A program made the translations under genes and the position numbers. Under the pieces are notes generated by a model, which had not been told where the DNA came from, made no database searches, and saw only the letters and a program-made list of their open reading frames with translations. This document shows positions 1-11,369 of a stretch of DNA of 43,930 bases, one piece after another. The stretch comes from Octopus bimaculoides (taxonomy: Eukaryota). Position 1 is the first letter of the stretch. Every line of letters begins with the position of its first letter. The stretch covers positions 91,455,337 to 91,499,266 of the forward strand of contig NC_068989.1 of the NCBI RefSeq assembly GCF_001194135.2. Reading direction: 5' to 3'.

Positions 1-780
1 TATATATATACATACACACACACATATTTAAGCCCGAGAATAAGCTAAAAGCGACCAACCAGAGAATGAGCTAATAACGATAAACTCTACAAATTTTATT
101 CTAAAACTAAGGGTTGTAAACTTTAGGATACGGGTGACATTGGATGCATTAAACACTGTCTAAGTTCAGTATTCATTTGCATCAAGGAAACAAATCCCAA
201 CACAGTATACCACCAAACATGAAACAAGGACTAGAAAATATTTGACAATTATGTCTGCTTGCTGAATTAAATTCGTTTTAAGTAATCTCTAAAGAGTTTC
301 TTTGGGTGTGCGCGTGTGCATGTTTCGACATATTAGAAGATCTGAATCGACTGAGGATACATTTTCACACTCATTTATGATAACAGCTTAATTTGCATCA
401 TCTTCTCATGTGTTTAACTAACGCGTACTAGTATACAATGCGGTGATTTTCTCAAAAACTGTTCCGAATTAAACCTATAACACCGAAAACAGAGATGTTT
501 CTCTTTGGCCAAACTCTCACCAACTCTTTCAGAATTTTTTTTCCTAATAGAAGATAATGGTGGATTTGTTAAAAAATAAATGAGTGCGGTGAAAATGGCC
601 GGAGTAAATGGGAAGTAAAATTGCTGTCCCTCATTAATTTCAATCCTTCCAACTTTATCTTGATGAAGAATTTTATCCGAAACGTTGAATTTTGGACTCT
701 CAACAAGCTTCCTGTATTCTTTTTAGGCACACNNNNNNNNNNCATATGTATGCATCTCTCTCTCTCTCTCTCGTTATATA

Positions 781-804
781 TATTGGGTTGGCAACTAAGT
801 TCCC
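781..804 (+). mobile_element. Isolated mariner-type terminal inverted repeat remnant
   Basis: TATTGGGTTGGCAACTAAGTTCCC directly after a TA run resembles the TA-TTGGGTTGGCAA... ends of mariner elements. No partner end or transposase found. Confidence 0.45.
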
Positions 805-839
805 GGCCATCATGATGATGCTGACTTGATGTTCAACCT

Positions 840-1236
840 CATGACAACTTCAGCGACGATAAAAAGTGTTGACAATGATCACGCCAACCATGAACAAGTA
901 GGGGACGACGACGACGACGACAAGGGGGGGAGATCATGATGATAATGATGATGGTGATGATGATAATGTCAATGATGAGGATTGCGTAGAGTAGGTTGAG
1001 GGAAAACTTCAAATTATACAGGAATATGTTTTACATCGTTAATCTTGTCATTGTTGTTGTGATGCTGAGAGTGGTGGTGCCTATTGTTGGTGTTGGTGTT
1101 GTTGTTGTCCTATGACTGCCATTAATGGCGCAAATTATTTTACATTCGCTCATAATGTTTCCGTATTTTGCGATTACTATTGCTGATGTTTCTGTTAATT
1201 CTGTTGTTGTTGTTACTATTGCTGCTGCGTCTGCAG

Positions 1237-1267
<31 letters not shown>

Positions 1268-1420
1268 CGTAAGCGCTATTTAAGTTATAGCGTTAAATGG
1301 TGTTGCTGTTATAGTTGTTGACTATGACGTTGATAATAATCTCAATACTGGTTGCAGTTTAGGTTATAGTTGCGTTATTAGCTGTTTCTTTTTTTTTAGT
1401 AGTAGTAGTATCAATAAAAG
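840..1420. repeat. Compound degenerate trinucleotide low-complexity region (GAT/GAC/GTT)n
   Basis: Visible runs of gacgac, gatgat, gttgtt. Confidence 0.9.
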
Positions 1421-1440
1421 CAGCAAAGAAAGAAGAAACG

Positions 1441-1594
1441 TTAGCACGCTACGATGTGAGTTCAAATTTCACCCGGGTCGACATTGCTTTTCACCCCTTC
1501 GGAGTCGATAAAATAAGTACCAGTTGAAAGCTCGGGTCAATGTAATCAACTCGTCCCCACCTCCCCCGAGCTACCCTCGTGGCAAAAATTTGAA
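1441..1594 (+). mobile_element. tRNA-derived SINE, family B (OK-like), internally deleted
   Basis: TTAGCACG...GAGTTCAAATT (B-box)...GTCGAC...TCGATAAAATAAGTACCAGTTG...; same motif series as copies at 33865-34075 and 39243-39440. Confidence 0.8.
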
Positions 1595-1612
1595 ATTATT
1601 ATTATTTACTCG

Positions 1613-1678
<66 letters not shown>
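1595..1678. repeat. (ATT)n microsatellite, 3' tail/target of the adjacent LINE
   Basis: ATT runs directly abutting the LINE 3' UTR. Confidence 0.95.
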
Positions 1679-1680
<2 letters not shown>

Positions 1681-2155
1681 TTGACTTTTGCTTTGTATTT
1701 GTACAAGTTGGCTCCAAGTCTCACTCAGAGACCTCAAGAGACAACAAGTTAGAAGTCCATGTTGGTGTTATGCCTAGGGTGTCACATATTTGGTTTTGCA
1801 CAAAGTATTATTCTACAGAATGTTTAAGAGAACATAAGGAAATTATGAGTTTGTTTTAAAATTTGAGATTACATAGACAGTATTCTACCTAGGACATGGG
1901 CAATTCCTATGAGCAATAACTTTTGAATTTCTGCCATTTTGGGGTTTCCTGTTATCTGAGCTAGATACTAATCAACCCTTTTTGCTATGATTCCCAGGGC
2001 ACCTATGACAACAGGTATTGTTTTAGTCTTCAGGTTCCACATTTTGCCAATCTCTATTTCAAGATCTTTATACTTGCTCAGTTTTCGGTAGGTCTTGACA
2101 GATACATTTATGTTGATTGGGGAGTCATATCAACGAAGAGGCATGGTTTATTTTC
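1679..2155 (-). mobile_element. 5'-truncated R4/Dong-type non-LTR retrotransposon: RLE C-terminus plus 3' UTR
   Basis: Minus translation CLFVDMTPPININ...KLSKYKDLEIEIGKMWNLKTKTIPVVIGALGII...GIAHVLGRILSM* (stop 1869-1871) is the restriction-like endonuclease end of R4/Dong ORFs. ATT-type repeats on both sides. Confidence 0.88.
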
Positions 2156-2780
2156 ATTATTATTGTTGTTATTATTATTATTATAAAGTAGTAGTGGTAG
2201 TAGCAGCAGCAGAAATGATGGTTTTAGTAGTGGTGGTGGTGTTGGTGGTGGTGGTGTTGGTGGTGGTGGTGTTGGTGGTGGTGTTAGTGGTAGTGGGGGT
2301 GATGGTGGTGGTAGTTGTCTAGTATTGAAACAAATGTTTTCTCTGCGTTGTTGTGTATTTTGGTAGTGTTGCCATGAATAGTTTCGTGTTTGTTGTCATT
2401 GATCGTGTTGCTGTTGTTGTTGTTGTTGTTGTTGTAGTTACTGATAGTGCTGTTGTCGAATGTTTACCGTTCTTGTTCCGATAACGTTTATGCCGTTGTT
2501 GTTATTGTCTCTAAACTCGTTGTAATAAGATGACGGTGTTGTTGATCATGATGATGATGATGATGGTGATGTTGTAAATAAATAGCGGCATTCATATTGT
2601 TGTTGACGTTGATCTTGGTCGTTCTTGAGTGTGGAAGATATGTTTTTTGATCATGATGCTGCTGCAATTGTTGCTGATGATGTTATTATTGTTTTTTATA
2701 TTTGTTCTGGTTGTTGTTATTTACGTTGTTGCTATACTTAATCACGTGATGTCGACGATGAAATAACGGAAGTGATTAAA
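2156..2780. repeat. Compound (ATT)/(GTA)/(GGT)/(GTT)/(GAT) low-complexity region
   Basis: Direct inspection; source of the poly-V ORF 2095-2322. Confidence 0.9.
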
Positions 2781-3039
2781 GCTGTTGTTAAAATATTACA
2801 ATTTTATAATGTCCATAATCAGGAAGTGTTGCTTCGTTAAGCAGATTCCATCTTCATTTGCTTGTTTCTTCGGTTCTGGCCTTCTTTCTTTCCTTCATTC
2901 CTTCTTTCTTTTTTTTTTTCTATTTTGTTTGATGTTTCATCTGCGTCACCATCCTCATCATCTTTTGTTATGAAGTTTTCTTTTGTTTTAATACTTTCGT
3001 TTCTTCATTTGATCTCTTAGATCTTTCATTTCTTCTCAT

Positions 3040-3236
3040 TATGTATGTATGTATCTATCTATATAGTTTCGTATATAAATATATATACATATATACACAC
3101 AAGTATGTGAATATATATATATATATACACGCACAAGTATGTGTATATATATATACGTAACATATATATATGGCTGTATTCATATCATTATATATACCTG
3201 TGTATATATACATAAATATATATTATATACAGCACG

Positions 3237-3269
<33 letters not shown>

Positions 3270-3441
3270 ATAAATATAAATACACACATAAACATGTTCA
3301 TATTATATGTGTGTATGCGTGTAAGGAGAGAGGGAGTGAGGAGGGGTTGAAATGAGGGGAGAAAGACAGACACAGAAAGACAGACACAGAAAGACAGAGA
3401 TAAAGAAAGATATACCAGTATGTGCATCACACATACACCCA

Positions 3442-3482
<41 letters not shown>

Positions 3483-4221
3483 CTATGCATACACATACTT
3501 CATTATCTACACTTCATTCTCCATTATTATTTTCCTGTTAATTTCTTTCTTGTATTCCTTCTATCTAACTCGTTCTTTTTCTTTATTTAACTCTCACATT
3601 CGTTCTTTCTTTCTTTTCTCTTTTCTGTCTACTCTATACGCTCTCTAAATTGTATCAATTGTATAAAATTATTAAACAATATATTTACAAAGGCAATAAA
3701 CAAATAAACAAAATAAATCAAATTAAGCGACTCAAAATATAACAAAAACAATAAACTTTATACATAATTATTTCGACCACGCAAATTATCAATTTTTTTC
3801 TTCTTTTTCTCTAAGGCGGATGTGTCATACCGGAAGTCGTTTTCACCTCGTCGACAAAATGAGAAGAAAATTTTAGCAAAGCAATTTAAATTGAAAGTTC
3901 TGAAAATTGCTTTTAAATAAAAATGTACGGATTTATACATATCTGGTTGTTTATGGGTTTTTTTGAATATTTATTTTGCTGTTAGGTATTTAATCAGAGA
4001 TACACGCACACGTCTACACAAGCTTACAGAGCGAGACACGCGCACACACACACACACACACACACATGCATGCACATACACACACACACAGAAGTATATA
4101 TATGTACGTAGACATGAACATAAATTATGTATAGTTATGGTTATATGTGTATAACCTGAATATATACAAATATCTATATGTATCTACATATGCATACATA
4201 TGAAGAAGCATTCCTTCGTCA

Positions 4222-4271
<50 letters not shown>

Positions 4272-4442
4272 GGGAGGTATTATATATGTGCATGCATGTG
4301 TGCATNNNNNNNNNNNNNNNNNNNNNNNNNNNNNNNNNNNNNNNNNNNNNNNNNNNNNNNNNNNNNNNNNNNNNNNNNNNNNNNNNNNNNNNNNNNNNNN
4401 NNNNNNNNNNNNNNNNNNNNNNNNNNNNNNNNNNNNNNGTCA

Positions 4443-4492
<50 letters not shown>

Positions 4493-4700
4493 GGGAGGTA
4501 TTATATATGTGCATGCATGTGTGCATGTATGTATGTATTACGGACGCATGTTTGAATGGAGGTATATATGTTTGCATATACATATATATGTGTCTGTATG
4601 TATATATACACATGTATTGGCATATATACTTACATATACACACACGCACACACACTCGCACTCGCACACAGACACACATGCACACACACACGCACACGCA
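3040..4700. repeat. Mixed (TA)n/(CA)n/(GA)n microsatellite-rich region
   Basis: Direct inspection; interrupted by short unique AT-rich stretches and gap 4306-4438. Confidence 0.85.
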
Positions 4701-5122
4701 TTTAATTCTATGTGAGAATGTATGTCTGTATAGCTACTTGTATGCTTCTATGTAGATGTCTGAATACCTTGTCATGCACGTTTATGAATATTTGAGCAGT
4801 TTTAAGTGAATGGCAGATAAGGTGGATTGCATTGGTGTGTCACCTCTTTAAGTGTATTAGATACAATTTCATGATGTGATATCATTGTAATAGAGACAAA
4901 TAAATTCATAGAAATGAGCAAACCACACACGTAGCGACATATAGACAATCACTCCTACCTCGTATAATCCATATCACATGACAAATTTTAACATGGTTTT
5001 GCTACAGATGTCCGTTCGAGAGGACTCTGCTGCGATTTTTTAACCCTAAGAGGATATCTCCTCTAGTTGGTTAAGGGTACTCTGCTTCATTTGATAAAAT
5101 TAAGAACAGGTGAAAGAACTCC

Positions 5123-5281
5123 TACCATCTCTTTGCGACGGGACCAGTAGACCAGTCCTGGCTTCGAGCTATTTCTGCCAATCCTCAGTACTGGACACCT
5201 CGTTTGCTTGAGATGATTAGTAACTTGATTCTGCTCGTAGTATATATATTTCAAGCGAACCCACTGTCGCTGACTTCGCAA
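5123..5281 (-). mobile_element. Penelope-like pseudo-LTR fragment, left arm of inverted pair
   Basis: Reverse complement aligns by eye to 5349-5508; contains a hammerhead-like motif; lies beside a Penelope EN fragment. Confidence 0.6.
5144..5194 (-). ncRNA. Type I hammerhead ribozyme-like motif with one core substitution
   Basis: Minus strand: CCAGTA-CTGAGGA-ttggcagaaatagctc-GAAG-CCAGgaCTGG-TC-TACTGG. Perfect 6-bp stem I and good stem III, but GAAA is GAAG and stem II is weak. Confidence 0.6.
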
Positions 5282-5348
5282 TATTACCTGTCAGTACAAC
5301 TATTGCGGTGATCTCTTGGAGAGATTTTTGAACGAGCATTTTTGGTTG

Positions 5349-5508
5349 TTGCAAAATCAGTGACTGTGTGTTCGCTTGAAATATATATATATTGCGACCA
5401 TGAGCGAGCTGCTATCATCTCTAGCAAACGAGTTGCCTAGTACTGAGGAGTTGCAAAAAAAGACCGAAACCAGAACTGGTCTACTGGTCCCGTCGCTAGG
5501 AGATGGTA
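5349..5508 (+). mobile_element. Penelope-like pseudo-LTR fragment, right arm of inverted pair (runs into gap)
   Basis: Inverted copy of 5123-5281; truncated by the N-run at 5509. Confidence 0.6.
5437..5487 (+). ncRNA. Type I hammerhead ribozyme-like motif, catalytic core intact
   Basis: CTAGTA-CTGAGGA-gttgcaaaaaaagacc-GAAA-CCAGaaCTGG-TC-TACTGG. CUGANGA, GAAA and UH (UC at 5480-5481) all present; stem I 6 bp with one G-U; stem III 4-5 bp; stem II imperfect. Confidence 0.68.
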
Positions 5509-5820
5509 NNNNNNNNNNNNNNNNNNNNNNNNNNNNNNNNNNNNNNNNNNNNNNNNNNNNNNNNNNNNNNNNNNNNNNNNNNNNNNNNNNNNNNNNNNNN
5601 NNNNNNNNNNNNNNNNNNNNNNNNNNNNNNNNNNNNNNNNNNNNNNNNNNNNNNNNNNNNNNNNNNNNNNNNNNNNNNNNNNNNNNNNNNNNNATATATA
5701 TATATATATATATAATAAATAAAAGTTCTTGGTACAGTGTGATATATGTGTGATATATTTGAAAAAAATGAGTAGAGATGGCTTTTTGTGGTATAATTTT
5801 CATTTTAATGATAATCTTTA

Positions 5821-5868
5821 CAGTTACTCTAAGGAGTTTCGAGCTTTTCGTTAGCCGTTTTCAAATTG
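5821..5868 (-). ncRNA. Degenerate hammerhead-like motif in the Penelope 3' region
   Basis: Minus: caat-TTGAAAA-c-GGCTaacgaaaAGCT-c-GAAA-CTCcttaGAG-TA-actg. Stems II and III are recognisable; core CUGANGA has two substitutions. Confidence 0.5.
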
Positions 5869-6188
5869 AATTTCGGTGGTTTAGAAAGTTGTTTATATAG
5901 CAAAATATTTTTTTCCTTACAAGTATACAAACAGAAAATAAAAACAGAGAGGCAGTGTTTGGTTGGTGTCTTTCTGTGGATTCTTGAGATGGTAGTTCTG
6001 GTGGTTGAGCTATTATTTTTTGTTCAGTTTTGACTGATATTTTCGAATAAAATATTCTTCCTGACCTTACGAAAAGGTCCACAGTTTCTGTCCACAGTTT
6101 GATGATAGGAACTATTTTGAATTTTCTTTTTCCACATTTTTCAAAATGTTCGCTTCAGATTCTGTTTCTAACGGAGGGGTCAAGGATC

Positions 6189-6341
6189 CATGGGAAGAGG
6201 AATAGTGGCATAACGTCGCCATCACTAGTGATCACTCCAAGCACCATGATGTTGATTGGATATTTGATTTTTATCACTCTCGGTACATGTCTTTCAGACA
6301 CGGCAGCGCAATGGTTGTTCTGTGTGTTCACCATCTGATCC
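6189..6341 (-). mobile_element. Internal Tc1/mariner-superfamily (maT/DD37D-like) transposase fragment without TIRs
   Basis: Minus translation DQMVNTQNNHCAAVSERHVPRVIKIKYPINIMVLGVITSDGDVMPLFLFP matches the QN.R...VP.V...K.P..VMV.G..S..GDVMPP.F segment after the first catalytic Asp. Confidence 0.75.
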
Positions 6342-6849
6342 TCGTTTCATCAATGTAGTAGACATTGCATTCGGGGCATGTGGCACAGTAGATTAAATTC
6401 CTGGATTTGCAATTCATATTTCCATTTACTTTGAAAGTGACATTGTTTTTTAATGTAAGTTGTACTCCCTCTTCAATGTAGTCATACGTCCCACAACGAG
6501 GACCACCACATTTTTTAACTCTCTTTGTTGTTTCTGTGGTTGTGAATTTTGCTTGGGCTAAGAGTTTTTTCTTTAGTTAAGTACTCGCCGTCTGCTATAA
6601 ATTATTTTTGAGTTTGTTATTAATTGGTGCGTTCTTGATGAATTTTGAAGGATTGGGGGGTGGCGTGATTTCTTGGGTTGTGGAGGATGACAAAAGGAAT
6701 GCATGAGTTCATTCTTATTTTTATTTTTGTGTCTTTGTTTTCCTCTGAGGGTTGTGGTATGGACATTCTTGCTTTGGATGATTGCTGTGTCGATTAAGCA
6801 AGAGAGGGATTTTTGTTCCATTAGAAATATTTTTAATTCCTGTAATCTT

Positions 6850-7170
6850 AATGTAAACAAGATGTAAACAAACCAACACCAGTTGTCAAATGGTGGTGTT
6901 GGATAAACGCATACACAAAGAATACGCGTAAACATGAATACACACTCACACACACACACATACACACACACAAACACACACACATACACATACACACATG
7001 CACACACGTACACACAGAGGATGGGCTGAAACACAGTTTTCGACTACTAAATTATCTGTCACAAGTTGAGTTACAACAAATGGCACTTGACCAAAATGCC
7101 AAACAGTGGGACTAAACACCCACCCATTTGGTTCTAAATCGAACTTGTTAACCACAGAGCCAATCGTATT
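6850..7170 (-). mobile_element. tRNA-derived SINE, family A (OR-like), diverged
   Basis: Same motif order as 26660-27111 (GTTGTCAA...(CA)n...CACTTG.CCAA..TGCC..ACAGTGGGACT.AAC...ACCACA.AGCC). Confidence 0.65.
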
Positions 7171-7399
7171 ACATAAAATATGGTTTCTAAACACTATCTA
7201 GATATATATTTTATATTCACTCAGTAAATTCCTAATATGGAAATAATAAAATAAATCTAATAGCAAATATATAAATACAAAAGTGTATTTTCCTTTTCTC
7301 ATATCATTGTCATTCCGACAAATCTGAAGAATAGTTTATATTTTGCATTTTTAATCATATCAAGACCATCTCCGGCAACCGATCTACGAGCATAACAAA

Positions 7400-7703
7400 A
7401 ATGATGCATGTATAGGTACATACATAGATAACATACATACATACACACACATATATATATATATATATATATGTATATACATATATGTATATGCATATGT
7501 ATATATATATAGATATATAAATATACATATATATATACATGCAGTAATATACATACATATATATGCAGTAATATACGTATATATATGTATATCTGTGTGA
7601 GTGTATGTATACACGTAGGTGTGCACACACTCACACATACATACACACACATAGCCACACAGACTCACAGACACACACACACACACACACATACACACAC
7701 ACT

Positions 7704-7739
<36 letters not shown>

Positions 7740-7750
7740 CATATATATAC
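7400..7750. repeat. (TA)n/(CA)n compound microsatellite
   Basis: Direct inspection. Confidence 0.9.
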
Positions 7751-8115
7751 AATGAATGCAATAAAGACATGTTCAAATGGAAAAAATATACAAGAATACA
7801 CAATTAAAATATATACAAAGAAGTATATTAAAAAAGCCCATCAGTACAATACAGAAGGTGGAGTAAGATATAAATAAATAATGGCGTTTGTTTGAGAGTA
7901 AAATATAAAACTAAGCATGTAGTTTTGGGTCCATTAAATGGATGAAACTGCTAAATATAAATCGAAAATATTATGAAATACTGGTTTATCAGAGAAAAAG
8001 AATTGACTGAAAGAATAACATAATTGCTGTTAAATTGGGGATTGAGAAAGTAAAGAATGAGCAATTCGAATCTCTCCCTCTCTCTGTCTTTCTGTACATC
8101 TATATGGAAACGCAT

Positions 8116-8137
8116 ATAATAATAATAATGATAATAA

Positions 8138-8168
<31 letters not shown>

Positions 8169-8172
8169 AATG

Positions 8173-8222
<50 letters not shown>
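8116..8222. repeat. (AAT)n microsatellite running into a gap
   Basis: Direct inspection. Confidence 0.95.
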
Positions 8223-8580
8223 NNNNNNNNNNNNNNNNNNNNNNNNNNNNNNNNNNNNNNNNNNNNNNNNNNNNNNNNNNNNNNNNNNNNNNNNNNNNNN
8301 NNNNNNNNNNNNNNNNNNNNNNNNNNNNNNNNNNNNNNNNNNNNNNNNNNNNNNNNNNNNNNNNNNNNNNNNNNNNNNNNNNNNNNNNNNNNNNNNNNNN
8401 NNNNNNNNNNNNNNNNNNNNNNNNNNNNNNNNNNNNNNNNNNNNNNNNNNNNNNNNNNNNNNNNNNNNNNNNNNNNNNNNNNNNNNNNNNNNNNNNNNNN
8501 NNNNNNNNNNNNNNNNNNNNNNNNNNNNNNNNNNNNNNNNNNNNNNNNNNNNNNNNNNNNNNNNNNNNNNNNNNNNNNNN

Positions 8581-8885
8581 ATTACTACCTAGCTCAGATA
8601 CCAGGAAACCCCAAAATGGCTGAAGTTCAAAAGATAGTGCTCATGGGAACTGCCCATATCCTACGTAAAATACTGTCTATGTGATCTCAAATTTTAAAGC
8701 AAACAGATAATTTTCTTATGGTTTCTTAAACATTCACTTGAACAAAACCAAATATATGGTACAAATCCAAATATATGGTACCCTAGGCATAACACCTACA
8801 TGAACTTCTAACTTGTTGTCTCTTGAGGTCTCTGGGTGAGACTTGGATCCAACTTGTACAAATGCAAAACAAAAGTCAAACATAA

Positions 8886-8951
<66 letters not shown>
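8581..8951 (+). mobile_element. R4/Dong-type LINE 3' end plus (AAT)n tail; same family as 1679-2155
   Basis: PGNPKMAEVQKIVLMGTAHILRKILSM* (TGA 8682-8684); 3' UTR is the reverse complement of 1679-1868; tail 8886-8951. Confidence 0.88.
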
Positions 8952-8957
8952 TGGTAC

Positions 8958-9055
8958 GACCTCATATGTGAAGGCATTGTCGAAAACAGAAATGCAAAGA
9001 TCCTATGGGATTCTATGATTTAGTTGGACCATGAGATAGAGAATAGGAAGCCGGA
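8958..9055 (+). mobile_element. Short R4/Dong-type internal fragment (pre-RLE region)
   Basis: HMCEGIVENRNAKILWDSMI*LDHEIENRKPD is near-identical to the minus translation of about 16300-16390. Confidence 0.75.
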
Positions 9056-9309
9056 CAATTGAGAAAGAAAGCAAATATACAAGAATAAACTTATACCGTA
9101 AATACACAACAAGGCACACAGCATGTGCCATAAAAGCTTACACCCGACAGAAGAACACAACCTGTGCTGCACAAACAACCCCCAAACAAAAACTAATATA
9201 GCAAATGTCTCAAACCAAACCCCATAAGAAAGCATGCTGATACAATGCAATATCCCCCACACCCCAAAAAATGCAGCACACACCACTCCGCCAGCACAAG
9301 GGTGCAACA

Positions 9310-10860
9310 AATGGTGCAATAGAAAGTTACATGAAACTACCAGATGTCGAGAAAATGATATTCGTGATGAAGTTGGTGTCGAACGTTACTTTACCTCAGT
9401 TTATGAGAGACAGGTGTTTCCGAAGAAAAATAAATCTGGTTGCTACAGCGAAAATGAAGCTGGATATTTAAGTGGTTCAGTAAAGATGCAGACTGACCAC
9501 AACTGTTATTCTAACACAGCATCAACTGATAATAGAGCAAGGTGAAGGAGGTGGACCAGCGAAGAAAACAGAGTAGTGATACAGTGCTACTCAGAAAGTG
9601 AATCGAAAAGAAGGGGCTATAGAAAACGGATATTAGCACTTTCGGGTAGAGAAGGGTTTGTTCAAAGTGATTGAGCAGAGATTAGCAGATCAAGCTAATG
9701 CTTTCAGGAGAAGAAAGTGGATGATAGAAATGGAGGTAGAAGAGATCACAAGAGAACAGGAAAAGAAAGACCAAGCAGTCGGAAAGACAAACAGCAACAT
9801 AAGCGATACAGCTCAAACGAAAGAAGAACGTAAAGGAAAAAATAATAATAGCACTACCAATAAGCAAGGGACAACTGGCACCAGCGACTTAAGTGATTTA
9901 AGTGAAGAAGATCAGAGGATTTTAGATGAGTTTCAGGAAGTAATCAATAAAGAAATAAGAAAAATCTGCCAGTGTTAAAAAGGCACCAACAGAAGGAAGC
10001 TGTTAGAAATGACTATAAAAGACACTTATTGACCTATGCAAGAGTGTCAGTAGTCGCCAGAAGATCAGATATCTCACACGAACAGATTAAAAAAGAAGAA
10101 ATATGGAGACTACAAAATAAAGTGAAAACTTTAAGACAAGATCTGAGCAGGATAGAAGCCTGGAAACTGAGCAAGTCAGGAAGCACAAGATGCAAACCTT
10201 CCCTTGAGAAAAAGATACTTAGTAAAACAGAAAAGATTTTGGACTGTAATAGAAGAGTTGCAACAACGTATCATAGCAGTAGAAGGCAAGCTCTCTAGAT
10301 ATCTGAAAAGAATAGATCAGTATCAGCGGAATAGCTTATTTGAGACGGACCAGAAGATATTTTATAACCGAATAAATAGTGGAGAACGAAGTACTGAAGA
10401 TGAGAAATTGAATGTAGAAGAAGTTAGAAAGTTCTGGTGCAATATTTGGGATCAGCCAATCAATCCTAATGGAGATGCAGTATGGTTAAAGAAAGTACGG
10501 GAAAAAAACAGTGAGTGAGAAGCAGCCAAGTAAGTAAAGTGTTAGAAAAATTGGAAGGGCTCAGGACCAGATTTAGTTCAAAGTAGTTTACATGGGAGTT
10601 TACATGGGAGTTTACAAAGTAGTTTACATGGTAATTTAGTAGTTTACATGATAATTTAGTAGTTTACATGGTAATTTAGTAGTTTACATGATAATTTAGT
10701 AGTTTACATGGTAATTTAGTAGTTTACATGGGAAGCTGAGGGAACCACTTCAGGATTGCCTTAACAAAGGAATAATACCAGATTGGATAACTAGAGGGAG
10801 GGTAATACTCATTATGAAACATAAGAGCAAGAGTAATACAGTTAGCAATTATAGACCAAG
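9310..10860 (+). mobile_element. R4/Dong-type LINE N-terminal half up to the start of RT, degraded
   Basis: RRWTSEENRVVIQCYSESESKRRGYRKRIL...EQRLADQANAFRRRKW (N-terminal domain); IEELQQRIIAVEGKLSRYLKRIDQYQRNSLFETDQKIFY...RKFWCNIWD; LHGKLREPLQDCLNKGIIPDWITRGRVILIMKHKSKSNTVSNYRP. Multiple stops and frameshifts. Confidence 0.85.
10581..10731. repeat. 20-bp minisatellite (GTAGTTTACATG[G/A]TAATTTA)n inside the LINE
   Basis: Five consecutive 20-mers alternating G/A plus shorter 11-14 bp units upstream. Confidence 0.92.
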
Positions 10861-11304
10861 TAGGAGGATATATATTAATAAAAAACAAAAAGAATGATCT
10901 TCCCTACAGAAGAAGCATTGATACAGGCACGCAATTGCTCGCTCACAAGTATTTATGAAAGGGAGCAAATGAAAAAGAGTAATACCAAGCCTATGGAAAT
11001 GACTCATGTTCACATTAGTTAAACCTTTCTAAGTTTATATCTTCAAGCGGATCCATGCCGCCGGCAGATGTGGCCTCCTTTGCAACTGAGTAAATTGTGG
11101 CCCAGTAAATTGTGACCCTACTTCTGTGAATTTTGGATTTCATCGTTTCAATGTCAACGGAAATGCTGGTAAATCTGGTGAGAATTTTTTTTTTACATTA
11201 TTTCTTACATGTTTTTCCGTTCTGTGTTCAAAATCGGCCTAGAGCTAAGGTCAAATTCCAAGAGGTCAAGTTCCGTGGTTTGTCATGTCATCTCTCCTCT
11301 TATA

Positions 11305-11315
11305 CAGAGAGAGAG

Positions 11316-11366
<51 letters not shown>
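11305..11366. repeat. (GA)n microsatellite
   Basis: Direct inspection. Confidence 0.95.

Positions 11367-11369
<3 letters not shown>

Larger units (their letters stand above)
5715..6800 (-). mobile_element. Penelope-like element 3' part: GIY-YIG endonuclease remnant plus 3' UTR/pLTR
   Basis: Minus translation KRVKKCGGPRCGTYDYIEEG...FKVNGNMNCKSRNLIYCATCPECNVYYIDET...SEHFEKCGKRKFKIVPIIKL...EEYFIRKYQSKLN has the Cys-rich linker and NLIY/YIGET layout of PLE endonucleases; several stops and frameshifts. Confidence 0.88.

Noticed and set aside
4219-4527. Direct duplication of about 87 bp on either side of gap 4306-4438
   Set aside because: Identical sequence flanking an N-run is most simply an unmerged contig overlap.
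5038-5049. TAACCCTAA telomere-like motif at the end of the left PLE arm region
   Set aside because: Only about 1.5 units; expected by chance, so no support for a telomere-associated PLE.
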